A stretch of DNA of 29,660 nt, taken from the IMG/VR virus record IMGVR_UViG_3300025005_000028, positions 1-29,660 of that record, one strand, 5' to 3'. The notes under the pieces were generated by a model that saw only the letters and a program-made list of their open reading frames with translations, searched no databases and had not been told where the DNA came from. The stretch is from a virus. Lineage: Duplodnaviria; Caudoviricetes. Both the position numbers and the translations under genes were made by a program. Position 1 is the first letter of the stretch. Each line of letters starts with the position of its first letter. This document shows, piece by piece, positions 1-9,402 of this stretch.

Positions 1-194
1 GCCAGCAGGTACTCACGCTGCAACAAGTAGGCCATGCTGTCGTCGATGGCGCTGTGAATCTGGTGCAGTGCGGTGAGCCATGCTGCGTACCATTTCTTTG
101 GCGGGTTCCCTTGAGCCATCGCGTGCCCAACAGGGTGCGCTTCGCAGGCGTGGTGGATGTCTCGTGTTGCTTCCCAGAGAGGGGTGATAGACAT
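1..194 (-). CDS. Heme oxygenase-like protein, N-terminal part (runs off the window edge; not in ORF track)
   Basis: Manual translation from ATG at 194 (RBS AAAGGA): MSITPLWEATRDIHHACEAHPVGHAMAQGNPPKKWYAAWLTALHQIHSAIDDSMAYLLQREYLL. This aligns without gaps to the HO N-terminus pattern LxEATxxxHxxxE...G...L..I...(I/L)(D/E). Confidence 0.75.
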   Translation of the reverse strand, partial: MSITPLWEATRDIHHACEAHPVGHAMAQGNPPKKWYAAWLTALHQIHSAIDDSMAYLLQREYLL

Positions 195-209
195 GGCGTA
201 AATCCTTTC

Positions 210-758
210 TTAAATGGGCCAAGCTAGAGGAGGGAGAAGGGGTTCAATGTCAGCGTATGAGGATGGGGCCACTCGGGTTCCAGAAGCCACCTCTTCGAGC
301 ACTGTGTAGAGAGCGGCCCAGGTATCGTCCCGCGCATGAAGCGCATAGGTTCCCTCAAGCTGGAACCTTGGAACAGTGGAGCCTACATACGTGGTTGCGC
401 TCAGGATGCCATCGTAATTGCGTGTCTTTGCAAAATCGTCCAGCCTTTGTTGAGTAGCATTCACAATCCCATCTTGAAGCTCTTTGGCGGCCTTTGCTTG
501 ATTCGCTGCAACTTGAGTTGGCGTGAGATCGTTGACCTGCCACTGCTGGGTGAACACACCCCCAACCAGAGCAGGTGGTAACTCTGTCACGCTCTGGGTA
601 ACGCGGTCATAGGTAGGTGTCACCAGTGCCACGCGAGGGTATCCAACAGAGGCAAGAATCTCGTCAGTCAATATCTGAGGAAGGAAAAAGCCTGATGCGT
701 GTACTCGAATCTCAGCATGAGAGTGGAATACCATATTCGTATTTTCGTGAATCCACAT
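210..758 (-). CDS. Putative tail fibre assembly / DUF4376-like protein
   Basis: ATG at 758 preferred over TTG at 770. Motifs PTYDRVTQ, QQWQV.DLT, QQRLDDFAKTRNYDGILSA..Y, RDDTWAALY and LPPLAWP are typical of tail-fibre-associated proteins; the gene follows the fibre genes. Confidence 0.65.
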   Translation of the reverse strand: MWIHENTNMVFHSHAEIRVHASGFFLPQILTDEILASVGYPRVALVTPTYDRVTQSVTELPPALVGGVFTQQWQVNDLTPTQVAANQAKAAKELQDGIVNATQQRLDDFAKTRNYDGILSATTYVGSTVPRFQLEGTYALHARDDTWAALYTVLEEVASGTRVAPSSYADIEPLLPPLAWPI

Positions 759-773
759 AATTTTCCCCAATCC

Positions 774-1580
774 TTAAAAGTAATCAAATGTCAGTGTTGA
801 TGGATACCTGCGGCCAGGCCCCCAGATAATTCTGATGCCCCCTATGGAGTTATATCCTCCACCGCCATAAAGACCAGGAATATTAGCTTCGCTGTAAATC
901 CCAGAACTGTTTCCACCTCCGCTTCCTCCACCACCAATAATAGTGGCTGACGGGCCTTCGCCTTTTAGACCAACACCCCCTCCTGCCGCCATTACGCGGT
1001 TTAAGCTGCCGGAGCGGCTTGTTGCGGATTGGGAGCCACCGCCTCCGCCTCCGCCAAAAATAGGAGTTGGGAGTAGGGTTAGATCAACACCATACGGAGC
1101 AGCCGGTACGCCATCTCCTCCGTTACCAGAATATCCAGCAGCGCCTCCGTATCCAATACCTAAAGTCGAATAAAGAAGCGGTGGCCCAATACCTCCGTTA
1201 CCACCTCCATCGCCGAGGTTTGGTGTTGCGTCAATCGTGGAGTTCCCACCGGCAGCACTACAAACAGCAACCCCATTTATTTGCAAAACTGACCCATAGC
1301 CTCCTCCGCCAACGTACATAGTCGCAGTATCTCCTGGGCTGACGGGTATGTTATTTTTGTACCGTAAATTTCCACCATTTCCAGAACTTGTGTAGACATC
1401 TTCGTCTCGGTACGAGTCGTAATACCATGCCATGGTCCCTCCTGAGCCAACGCAGACTGCGCAGATGGAGTACACCTCATCAGGGATGATGAAGGTGTAA
1501 GTACCAGCAGTAGGTGGAGTCTCAATCTGCCCACCTGGGAGCTTAGTTCTTTGCGGAATCAGCAGTGCTCCGATGCTCAT
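774..1580 (-). CDS. Glycine-rich tail-associated protein
   Basis: GTYTF.IP..V..I.AVCVG.GG, GGNLRYKNNIPVSPG and GGIRIIWG belong to the glycine-rich domain common in phage tail genes; ATGA overlap with the upstream gene. Confidence 0.75.
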   Translation of the reverse strand: MSIGALLIPQRTKLPGGQIETPPTAGTYTFIIPDEVYSICAVCVGSGGTMAWYYDSYRDEDVYTSSGNGGNLRYKNNIPVSPGDTATMYVGGGGYGSVLQINGVAVCSAAGGNSTIDATPNLGDGGGNGGIGPPLLYSTLGIGYGGAAGYSGNGGDGVPAAPYGVDLTLLPTPIFGGGGGGGSQSATSRSGSLNRVMAAGGGVGLKGEGPSATIIGGGGSGGGNSSGIYSEANIPGLYGGGGYNSIGGIRIIWGPGRRYPSTLTFDYF

Positions 1581-2509
1581 TTCACATCCAATCTATAGGT
1601 TCCAACCCACGTTACGCCGCCGTCGATGCTGTAGAACCCAAAAGAGTCTCTTCCAGCAGTGGTTAGCGCAGGAGACATGCCTTGCTCCCACTTTATCCCG
1701 GTAAACCATGCGCCAACGGCGGAGCCGCCATTGATGACATCAAGAATGAATCGGTTAACTTGCGGCAATGGAAGCGCGTTTATCACGTTCATCGTAGTTG
1801 GGCCTGTGACAGTGATAGTAAAAAAGTCAGCCACAGCAAGGTCAATCGTCCCCGACACAGCGTTCGCAAAAAGATCAACGGTGCCGTTGTGTCCTGGCGC
1901 GCCTTGCGGCCCTTGAATGCCGGTGAAGTTTCCTGCATTCACCCACAGCGCGCCATCAAAAAACCAGATGAACTTGGTGTCTTCTGCCAAGATTCCTTCT
2001 CCCCGTACAGCGCCTGGGCGCGCTGCTCCCAGCGATGTCTGAGGGAATGCGCCTACAGTGGCAATGGTGGCTACAACAGTCATTGCCGGGCCTACAGGGC
2101 CTGGAACTGTGCTATCTGCGCCAGGGTCGCCTTTCGGCCCCTGGATATTCCCAACGTCAACCCAGATACCTCCAGTCGTGGTCAGTGTGTTCAAGACCCA
2201 GAGATGCTTGTCGTACTCATTGATCACTCCGTTGCCACGAATCGCAGAAGGGAAGCCTGAGTTGAGTGCCGACGAGCTGATAGATGCTGTGTTGACAGAG
2301 CCAATGACAGTGAGGCCTGGGCCGATGGGGCCTTGCGGGCCAACGATGCCACCGTAGGGCAAGTCGAGGTAATGGAGCACGCCATTACCAATTTTGAACT
2401 TGCCTGTATCACGCTCCAATACCAGCTCTCTATCAGCCAGAATTGGATTGAAGGATGTCCAACGGGCGAGGGTGTCGCCGCGCAAAGAAAATTGAATGAT
2501 TGAACTCAT
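1577..2509 (-). CDS. Tail fibre protein with Mtd_N/hyaluronidase-N-like domain and collagen-like repeats
   Basis: N-terminus LRGDTLARWTSFNPILADRELVLERDTGKFKIGNG...LPY; several Gly-X-Y runs (GPQGPIGP, GPKGDPGA, GIQGPQGAPG); two duplicated internal modules ending in W...GN. Confidence 0.8.
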   Translation of the reverse strand: MSSIIQFSLRGDTLARWTSFNPILADRELVLERDTGKFKIGNGVLHYLDLPYGGIVGPQGPIGPGLTVIGSVNTASISSSALNSGFPSAIRGNGVINEYDKHLWVLNTLTTTGGIWVDVGNIQGPKGDPGADSTVPGPVGPAMTVVATIATVGAFPQTSLGAARPGAVRGEGILAEDTKFIWFFDGALWVNAGNFTGIQGPQGAPGHNGTVDLFANAVSGTIDLAVADFFTITVTGPTTMNVINALPLPQVNRFILDVINGGSAVGAWFTGIKWEQGMSPALTTAGRDSFGFYSIDGGVTWVGTYRLDVK

Positions 2510-2769
2510 GCTTGCGAACTCCCTAAGTCAAATTTAGCGCCGCCGGTGTAGGTCGTCCCCGCATTGCCAGCGTCGAACAATGCGGAGTGGGCTGGCGCGA
2601 GGCCGATCCACTGCGTTCCATCAGAGTAGTACATCAACCGATCTGTCCCTTGAATCAATGCTCCGACGAATGTTGCCGGATTGAGTACGGAGACATCCTT
2701 GATGCCCGACTCGCCAGCGAGGAGCGAGCGCCCAGAAAGTAACTGCTGGTCACTGAGTAGACTCATCAC
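2506..2769 (-). CDS. Small tail-associated hypothetical protein
   Basis: Translationally coupled within the tail operon; MYYSDGTQW beta-rich motif. Confidence 0.6.
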   Translation of the reverse strand: MMSLLSDQQLLSGRSLLAGESGIKDVSVLNPATFVGALIQGTDRLMYYSDGTQWIGLAPAHSALFDAGNAGTTYTGGAKFDLGSSQA

Positions 2770-3233
2770 ACCACCCCGATATGTTCTGCCGACGGCTTCT
2801 CTTCACCGGAACCCCATACGTCGATGGACGCTGGGAACTGAGCACGCATCAAGAGCTGATCTCCAGTTGCGCCAAGTGAGTTGCGTTTCATAATCGACCG
2901 GCCCTGGACGGGAACCAGTGCAGTGTCTCCGGGCGGAATGACCAGCACACCTGGGCACATCACATTCAGTCCAGTCTCCGTCAAGATGGATACCTCAATC
3001 CAGCAGTCAACCGTGGATTTGTTGCGGGCGTAGACCGGAGTCATAAAGAAAATCTCGCCCGGTCTGATGGCTCTACTGTTGTCCAGGACATCGCGCGTTG
3101 AGTACATATAGCTGGCATCAGGCACAGAAAAGTCACTCGCTTCCGCGACCGCAGTCCATGCTGTCGGAAGGTCAACTGAAAAGAAGTTGACCGAGCGCCC
3201 GGTGGATGGAGTTTTGCAGGTAATACGTGGCAT
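2766..3233 (-). CDS. Tail-associated hypothetical protein
   Basis: 155 aa ORF overlapping its neighbours by 1 and 4 nt; beta-strand-like composition. Confidence 0.65.
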   Translation of the reverse strand: MPRITCKTPSTGRSVNFFSVDLPTAWTAVAEASDFSVPDASYMYSTRDVLDNSRAIRPGEIFFMTPVYARNKSTVDCWIEVSILTETGLNVMCPGVLVIPPGDTALVPVQGRSIMKRNSLGATGDQLLMRAQFPASIDVWGSGEEKPSAEHIGVV

Positions 3234-5473
3234 CAGAAGCTCCTTGAAATTGCTGCACGGGTAGCAATCCGGCGTACAGCTTGGTCAAATGGCGGGCCGT
3301 TCAGCTCGCCTGTATCGGCAGTAATTTGCAGGCCGCCGACAAAAAGTGCGTTACCCTGATCGTCCTGACCGGAGGCAATGACAACACCCTCGTTCTCTTC
3401 GATGATGGAGTCAGCAATGGTGGCGCTGTTACGGGCCGGAGGAATCTTTGTCAGTGAGACACCAGACATCACAGCCGTCCACGTATGGCCAATGGCCGTG
3501 ATTCTGCTTGGGTCTGTGCGTCGAACCGGAGCGCCAACAGTCGCAATCAGCGCGTTGAAAAGCTGTGTGACATCGTTCTGCGTTGCCACATCGAGGCTCA
3601 GAGTCGTGTTGATCCGATCCCGCATGTAGGCAAATGCGTACAGGAACGCAGGCAATGTTTCGGGCGCGAAGTTCGGATCGCCCATGACATTGAACAATCC
3701 CTTGGCTACGTCAAGCATTGGCTGTTGATTTGCCGTCTTGAGAGTCCAGCGTAATGCTTGCATGATGCTCGCGGCATCGTCCCTTGTATGCTGCTCCCTC
3801 GCTGCCGTCCACCCGGTCACGTAGCCATCAAAGACCAAGGCCCCCCACATCATGTCGATGATGTCTTGCGTTGCTGCCGCAAGGTTGGCATCTATGGCTA
3901 GCCGGGCGGGCAACGGAGAATGCAACGTCAGACCAGGAACTTCAGTCGGAATGACGATCTGGCGAGTACCCTTTGCGTAGAGGCTGTAATCCCCAAATTG
4001 CGTACTGCAAGCGCTGAGAATGATTTGCCCACCATTAATGGCCAGGAAGTGCTTGTGTGCCCACATGGACACAGCATTCACTGCGTTGATCAGAGCGCCA
4101 TTCTTTGCGCAGTACCCAATGCCGTTTGGAAGGACTGGCGTTGCGCCCCATGCCATGATGTTCGGGAAGACGGAGTATTGACTGCATACCAGCCCGTCTG
4201 CCAAGAGGACGCCTCCGCTGCGCGGAACCTCCGGGTTGCCATTGGCGCGGTCGAGGGGAGGGGCAATAAGACCCCATTTCGGGATAGTGCGAACCGCGAT
4301 CTTGTGGGCGTAAGGAACTCGACGGATCACAGCACCTGGGCGGAAGCTCACAGCAAAACCCTCTGTCGGGTTGGTCATGTCATCCAACTGCCAGCCCTCG
4401 AACATGATGCCTTCGATGAAGCACCCGCTCCCCATGCGGAACACGTTTCGCTGCTCAAACCCTGGGTTTGGACGGACGAAAACGGTTCGGTGGGTTGCCT
4501 TGATCACGCAGTTGTCCGGCATGTCCAGATGCCCGTTCGTGTACACGAGATGGTTTGGTGCCCACTCGATCACTGTTGGGTTGGAATGCGACCAAGCGAT
4601 CTCAAGGGCGCGCTCAATGGTAGCTACGGCTTTGTGCCAAGATGATCCATCGAACCCGTCATTGCCGTTTTCTTTGACGTGGACAAGGTTGGCGATGGTG
4701 TAGTCGGTGCCAGCAACGCTGGGGTAGGTGCTGATCTGCGTCGCAACATCACCGGTGTCGTGCAGGTACAAGATCAGGTACTCTGTCTGCAACGTCGAGA
4801 TGACGCTGAAATACTGTCCAACAACAGTTGCAGCAAGGCCTAGAGCCGTGTTGGCATAGACGGCAGCAGAGAGCTGGGCAGCGTCTCTTGCGGCTTCAGA
4901 TGCAGCTCTTGCGACATCAGAGAGGCCTGCCTGGGTTGCAGAGATGCCAGCTTGTAGGGTGGATTCGTCTGCTGCGTTTTTGGCGATCTCCGCCTCAGCC
5001 GTGGCCCGGATGGCATTCTCTCGCGTGGACAGGACATCCAGTGCGGTAGCAGCGCGGTCAGCGGCAACTTGAATCCTGTCAGCCGCTGTCGCTGCTGCAT
5101 CTTCCGCTGTTGAGATTGCTGCCGCTTCTGCCAATGCGGAGGCCGCTGAGGCGGATGCAGAGTCAAGACCTACCTGGTACCTGTCTGCGGCTGTTGATTC
5201 TGCATCCAAGCCAGTCTGAATGCGATCCAGGCCAGTTTGAACACGGTCGAGTCCAGTCTGAACGCGATCTGCTGCGGTAGCTGCTGCATCCAGAGAGGTT
5301 GGCTTCTGGTTGACGACCCCTGTGGATGCGTCGAACAAGTCTCCAAGTAGAGACCCGATAGGCCGTCCACCAATCTCGGCTGCTTCGAGGTACTCTTCAA
5401 GGATATGCTCACCACTGTACCGGCTGGTGAACTTGAGTTGGTCTGCGTCAGGGCGCGTGATTTGAGTTGCCAT
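3233..5473 (-). CDS. Tail spike/fibre with Ala-rich coiled stalk and probable right-handed beta-helix
   Basis: DR(V/I)QTGL heptad repeats and an Ala-rich region, then VHVKENGNDGFDGSSWHKAVATIERAL, the usual cap at the start of pectin-lyase-like beta-helices. Confidence 0.7.
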   Translation of the reverse strand: MATQITRPDADQLKFTSRYSGEHILEEYLEAAEIGGRPIGSLLGDLFDASTGVVNQKPTSLDAAATAADRVQTGLDRVQTGLDRIQTGLDAESTAADRYQVGLDSASASAASALAEAAAISTAEDAAATAADRIQVAADRAATALDVLSTRENAIRATAEAEIAKNAADESTLQAGISATQAGLSDVARAASEAARDAAQLSAAVYANTALGLAATVVGQYFSVISTLQTEYLILYLHDTGDVATQISTYPSVAGTDYTIANLVHVKENGNDGFDGSSWHKAVATIERALEIAWSHSNPTVIEWAPNHLVYTNGHLDMPDNCVIKATHRTVFVRPNPGFEQRNVFRMGSGCFIEGIMFEGWQLDDMTNPTEGFAVSFRPGAVIRRVPYAHKIAVRTIPKWGLIAPPLDRANGNPEVPRSGGVLLADGLVCSQYSVFPNIMAWGATPVLPNGIGYCAKNGALINAVNAVSMWAHKHFLAINGGQIILSACSTQFGDYSLYAKGTRQIVIPTEVPGLTLHSPLPARLAIDANLAAATQDIIDMMWGALVFDGYVTGWTAAREQHTRDDAASIMQALRWTLKTANQQPMLDVAKGLFNVMGDPNFAPETLPAFLYAFAYMRDRINTTLSLDVATQNDVTQLFNALIATVGAPVRRTDPSRITAIGHTWTAVMSGVSLTKIPPARNSATIADSIIEENEGVVIASGQDDQGNALFVGGLQITADTGELNGPPFDQAVRRIATRAAISRSF
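5205..5269 (-). repeat. Imperfect 21-nt coding tandem repeat (DR[V/I]QTGL x3)
   Basis: CCAGT(C/T)TGAA recurs with a 21-nt period; end coordinates approximate. Confidence 0.8.
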
Positions 5474-5488
5474 GGTGCGTTCCGCCTG

Positions 5489-5701
5489 CTAAGTGTTGAG
5501 GGCAGCGTGAACCTCTGCTTCCAGAAGATTCACTCTTGCCAATGCTGTGTTGACAGCGTTCGCGGAGGACAGCACTGTAGCTTCCAGCGATAAGTAATCC
5601 ATCTGTGCTTTGGCAATGGCCTCTGCGATTGCTGCGTCGATGTAGTCGCGCGTCAGCGGAGGTACTGTAAAAGCAAGTTGTGCTTTGCTCGGGGTGGTCA
5701 T
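5489..5701 (-). CDS. Small helical hypothetical protein
   Basis: ATGA overlap with the portal stop codon; GGAGG upstream. Confidence 0.65.
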   Translation of the reverse strand: MTTPSKAQLAFTVPPLTRDYIDAAIAEAIAKAQMDYLSLEATVLSSANAVNTALARVNLLEAEVHAALNT

Positions 5702-7608
5702 TTCATGCCTCCTGCGCTGCGGAGAGGAACGATATTCCCGGCTCCAAGTTGTTTTTCAAGGTTCTCAACCGGGATTATTTGCGATTGGCCCCGCGCTTTC
5801 TCCATGATCGCCATCTGTTGAGACGGGCTAAGCCCCTCTTTTGCCAGCGTTTCTCTGGAAATTTTGAACTGATCAATGTCGGGAACGCCCATTGACCTGA
5901 TGGCCTCTTCCACCAGTCGGCCAGCGTCGTATTCCATGGTAAGGCCAGCCTGGTTTACCACCGTGAGTATCTGCATCCACGTCTCTGGAGACCGAGTTGG
6001 TTCCAGCGGAAGGGTTCCGTCCACCACCATGTAGTCGATCTGGCCCTGAAGCATGGACACGTCGTAGTTCACGTACCCGTTGTCCACCAAACCACCCAAA
6101 ACATCGTTCTTTTGATCGTCTGGAACCCGGATTGAGCCTGAATAGTTCAAAGCGTCCTGAATGTTGGAGGCCATAAGGCGCACGCCGGGGCGTATCCCGG
6201 TGGCTGAGATCACTCTTGACAGCACGCCAAGGCGTTGGGAGCCAAGCTGGCTCAATCGTTGAATCTCGGTGGCTGTACGCACGTCTGCCGTTGGCATACC
6301 CTGCTGGGCATCGCTGGCGGCGGCCACACGCTGCTTCATATCCGATAAAAACTGGATGTCCTGGTAGTGCCCCTTGGTCACATCCGGCACTTGGGCAATG
6401 TGAACCCCGTCTCCGGGCTTGGTTCCGGGCAAAGTACGCACAATGCCCCAAGGATTCCGGTTGATCAGGTCATGGATGGCGACCTTGGTGGGGTCGGCAA
6501 AGATGAGGTTGTTGAGAGCAGCCTGTACGTTATCCACACGAGAGCGGAGAAGCCAAGTACCAAGATCATGGAGCGGAAGGAGGATGTCATACAGGCTCTG
6601 CTGATGGGATTTGTGGCTGTCGAAACCGAATCCTGGGTTCGTGACCGGAAACTGGCGTCCATACGGGGAAAGTTGCGCCCGAATGACGAATCGCTCGTCA
6701 AGAATTGTCACCACCATCCACACTTCACCCAGCGATGGCATCCCAAGTTCGTATCCCGTGAAGCAAATCCATGCCTCATCGACTACGTGGCTTCGTCCGA
6801 CCTTAAATTGGTGGTTGGTTGTCCCGTCGAGCTGAGTTTGTGGGTTGATATTCCACCCATTCCCGTTTTCCTTGTGCCATTCGTGTGAAATCCAGCCCGT
6901 AACGAGCGTTGAATTGTCCAGAAGGCGAGGGTACTGTGCGACTTTGGGATACATCCCTGTGCGCCGGAGGGAGGAACCAGATGCGTGGTCTGAAAAAACG
7001 ATGAATGCCATCTTGTCCACATCACCGGCAGGCGCTCGGGGGTCTGGGAAGGTCTTGCGTGGGTCGGCATTGACGATCAAATTGGTGTTGAGCCTGTCAC
7101 TCCAGACCCATTTTGTAGGCGCTGTGCCATACCGGATGATGTCCAGGAACTGTTGAGCGAACTTTGCCTCCGCTGCGCCAGCGCGCATCTGCTGATGAAG
7201 CACTCGCTCCATCAAAACGGCAGGTTTCCTGCTGGCGCGGTTCAATCCCTCGAACTGAAACATGGGATTCCGACCGGTAATGGCGGCCATGAAGTAGGTC
7301 AGGACGGTATCGGAGATGGCACGGGTGTCAGAGATGACAACCTTGTTGCGGAATGACGTTGCGTCAGCCGGGACATAAAGATCATGGGCACGATCAGCCT
7401 CTTGCCATGCGGAGTACCGTCCCGAAACCGACTTGTGGGACATCTCTGAGATGACCCTGACGTACTCAACCAGCCTGTTTTCCTGATCCTGTGTCAGGTC
7501 AATGGAAACATCGTCGTACCCCATCAACTTGTTGGCCAGCGGGGACAGGTCTACAACCACCGAATCACTCGTTGGGGCAGCTCTGTAGTCAAACCAGGAT
7601 GAGTTCAT
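5698..7608 (-). CDS. Portal protein
   Basis: Directly downstream of TerL, ~640 aa, with podovirus/P22-like portal motifs (DIIRYGTA.., AQQG...DVRTATEI). Start uncertain: ATG 7608 versus 7644 in the ORF track. Confidence 0.85.
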   Translation of the reverse strand: MNSSWFDYRAAPTSDSVVVDLSPLANKLMGYDDVSIDLTQDQENRLVEYVRVISEMSHKSVSGRYSAWQEADRAHDLYVPADATSFRNKVVISDTRAISDTVLTYFMAAITGRNPMFQFEGLNRASRKPAVLMERVLHQQMRAGAAEAKFAQQFLDIIRYGTAPTKWVWSDRLNTNLIVNADPRKTFPDPRAPAGDVDKMAFIVFSDHASGSSLRRTGMYPKVAQYPRLLDNSTLVTGWISHEWHKENGNGWNINPQTQLDGTTNHQFKVGRSHVVDEAWICFTGYELGMPSLGEVWMVVTILDERFVIRAQLSPYGRQFPVTNPGFGFDSHKSHQQSLYDILLPLHDLGTWLLRSRVDNVQAALNNLIFADPTKVAIHDLINRNPWGIVRTLPGTKPGDGVHIAQVPDVTKGHYQDIQFLSDMKQRVAAASDAQQGMPTADVRTATEIQRLSQLGSQRLGVLSRVISATGIRPGVRLMASNIQDALNYSGSIRVPDDQKNDVLGGLVDNGYVNYDVSMLQGQIDYMVVDGTLPLEPTRSPETWMQILTVVNQAGLTMEYDAGRLVEEAIRSMGVPDIDQFKISRETLAKEGLSPSQQMAIMEKARGQSQIIPVENLEKQLGAGNIVPLRSAGGMK

Positions 7609-7662
7609 ACCCCTATTTGACCACAAAAGCTGCACAAGTGGCAAACGAAAGCAACTACTTGG

Positions 7663-9402
7663 TCAAAAACCCCAGCCCTTCCATTCGATATTATTGGCGG
7701 CAGACTTGAACCCATTTTCTCCAAGCCATCCATGGGGGTCTGCCTTCAACTCCCCACCAGCAAAAAGCAGCTCCGACATCTTTGGGCCAGCCACAAGATC
7801 GCCAATCGGGGCGGAAAAGTCCTTCATGCCGGTAATCACCATGCGGGACATCACATCCACAAGCATCACAAACGAGTCAACCTGATCGTCGTTCTTCGCA
7901 GCAGGGAAGGTTGAAAGCTCCGTCATCCAATCTTCCAGCCAGTCGGCTTCCTCCGGGATGAACACACGGCCACCCTCAACGAGCGGAGTGATGCTGGCGG
8001 CCCGCTGGAACTTCTCCACAGCTCCAGGCTTCCACGGGATCACAGGGACGCCGCTGTTAGCGCGGAGTTCCTGGATGAGAGACTGGCCAGATGCGTTGTC
8101 CTCCACCCAAAAACCACGCAGCCCTTGGCTTCGGTATGTAGCGTTGATGGCGATGGCCTTGCGCTTCAAGTCTGGGAACTCCAGCTTCTCACGAAACACA
8201 CGGAGAACGTAGATGTCACCCATTTCCGTAATCCCGCCTACCGTGAACACGGAGTAGTCGTTTGATGTTTTCGACTTGAACGCCGTGTCAACCGTTACAG
8301 CGAGCGCATGGAAAGTCTGAGGGACTGTATCCCTGTTGTACTTCCTGAACCACGACTCCTTGATCAGGTTGCCGCCAAGGACGTAGGGATTCTGCTGATA
8401 CAGCGCCTCAAAGTCCCGGTCTCCAATGATGGCCTTCTGCTTCAACAGCCATGGCACGGAGAAGCGGGATGGCCAGAGCGCGTCGTAACTGTCTGCCACG
8501 TTGACCAGTGGGTTGACCAGCTTATCGCTCAGCAGCTTTGTCACATGTTCCGATTTTCGATCACCGGTGTCGATCTGCTCGGTTGAAAGGTTGGGGATGT
8601 ACCTTGGGTCATCCTTTGGCAAATGGTTTCTCCGAACGTAGACGCCGCGCTCGCGCAACGTCAACGCCTTGAAGTTCAGGTGAACCCACTCGCCAGCGTG
8701 GAACTCCTTGGAGTCAATGATCCGGCCAGCCAGATCGTCGGGATGCCATCGCGTCTGGGTCACGATCTGCATGGCTGGCTGGCCAGTGCGGTCTGGCTGC
8801 ATCCGGCTCAGCAGCCCGGAGGTGTAGAAGTCCCAGACTTTGCGTCGCTGGGTAGTGCTGTCTGCCTCCTCTCTGGATTTGTACGGGTCGTCAATAATCA
8901 GGCAGGAACTGCCGCGCCCGGTGGTAGTTCCATTCAACCCAACAGCGTAGTACGCTCCGCCAGTGGTCGTCTTCCAGAAGTCAACAGCACGGCTTTCCTT
9001 GCTCAGGTCGAAATCCTTGAAAGCCTTCCGCGCCTTCTTGTCCGTGACGATCTCGCGCGTTGCTCGGCCAAACGTGGCTGCCAGTTCGTTGTTGTACGAG
9101 CTGACCATTACCTCGCGGGTTGATCTCCGCATCAGTGCGTATGCTGCAAAATTGATAGTGGAGTTTGTTGATTTGGCATGTCGAGGCGGCATCGTAATGA
9201 GAAGATTCCTTACAGGATTTCCACCCTTGGAAAGCAGTGCATCCTTCTCCAGCAAGTCCAGAACCTCCTGCATCTCCTTCTGGAACTTCTCCCAGACAAA
9301 ATCGTAGTAGTACGACATGAATCCCTGAAAGCTGTTGGCGCTTTGCTTCAGCTTGAGCAGATACCGCGCTGCGTCCTGCTGGCTAATTGAAGAATTGACC
9401 AT
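7663..9402 (-). CDS. terL: Terminase large subunit
   Basis: Walker A MPPRHAKS, Walker B LIIDDP, QTRWHPDDLAG, ALYQQNP; RNase H-like nuclease residues VDTA..., DYSV and NDDQVD. Confidence 0.97.
   Translation of the reverse strand: MVNSSISQQDAARYLLKLKQSANSFQGFMSYYYDFVWEKFQKEMQEVLDLLEKDALLSKGGNPVRNLLITMPPRHAKSTNSTINFAAYALMRRSTREVMVSSYNNELAATFGRATREIVTDKKARKAFKDFDLSKESRAVDFWKTTTGGAYYAVGLNGTTTGRGSSCLIIDDPYKSREEADSTTQRRKVWDFYTSGLLSRMQPDRTGQPAMQIVTQTRWHPDDLAGRIIDSKEFHAGEWVHLNFKALTLRERGVYVRRNHLPKDDPRYIPNLSTEQIDTGDRKSEHVTKLLSDKLVNPLVNVADSYDALWPSRFSVPWLLKQKAIIGDRDFEALYQQNPYVLGGNLIKESWFRKYNRDTVPQTFHALAVTVDTAFKSKTSNDYSVFTVGGITEMGDIYVLRVFREKLEFPDLKRKAIAINATYRSQGLRGFWVEDNASGQSLIQELRANSGVPVIPWKPGAVEKFQRAASITPLVEGGRVFIPEEADWLEDWMTELSTFPAAKNDDQVDSFVMLVDVMSRMVITGMKDFSAPIGDLVAGPKMSELLFAGGELKADPHGWLGENGFKSAANNIEWKGWGF

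Noticed and set aside
13-222. 69-aa track ORF
   Set aside because: A different frame on the same strand (ATG 194) has an RBS and a heme-oxygenase-like sequence.
1577-2509. Diversity-generating retroelement suggested by the Mtd_N-like domain
   Set aside because: No reverse transcriptase and no TR/VR repeat pair were seen in the window; the domain is common without DGRs.
8490-8660. Intein in TerL
   Set aside because: Too short, with no C/S...HN-C/S/T splice signature.
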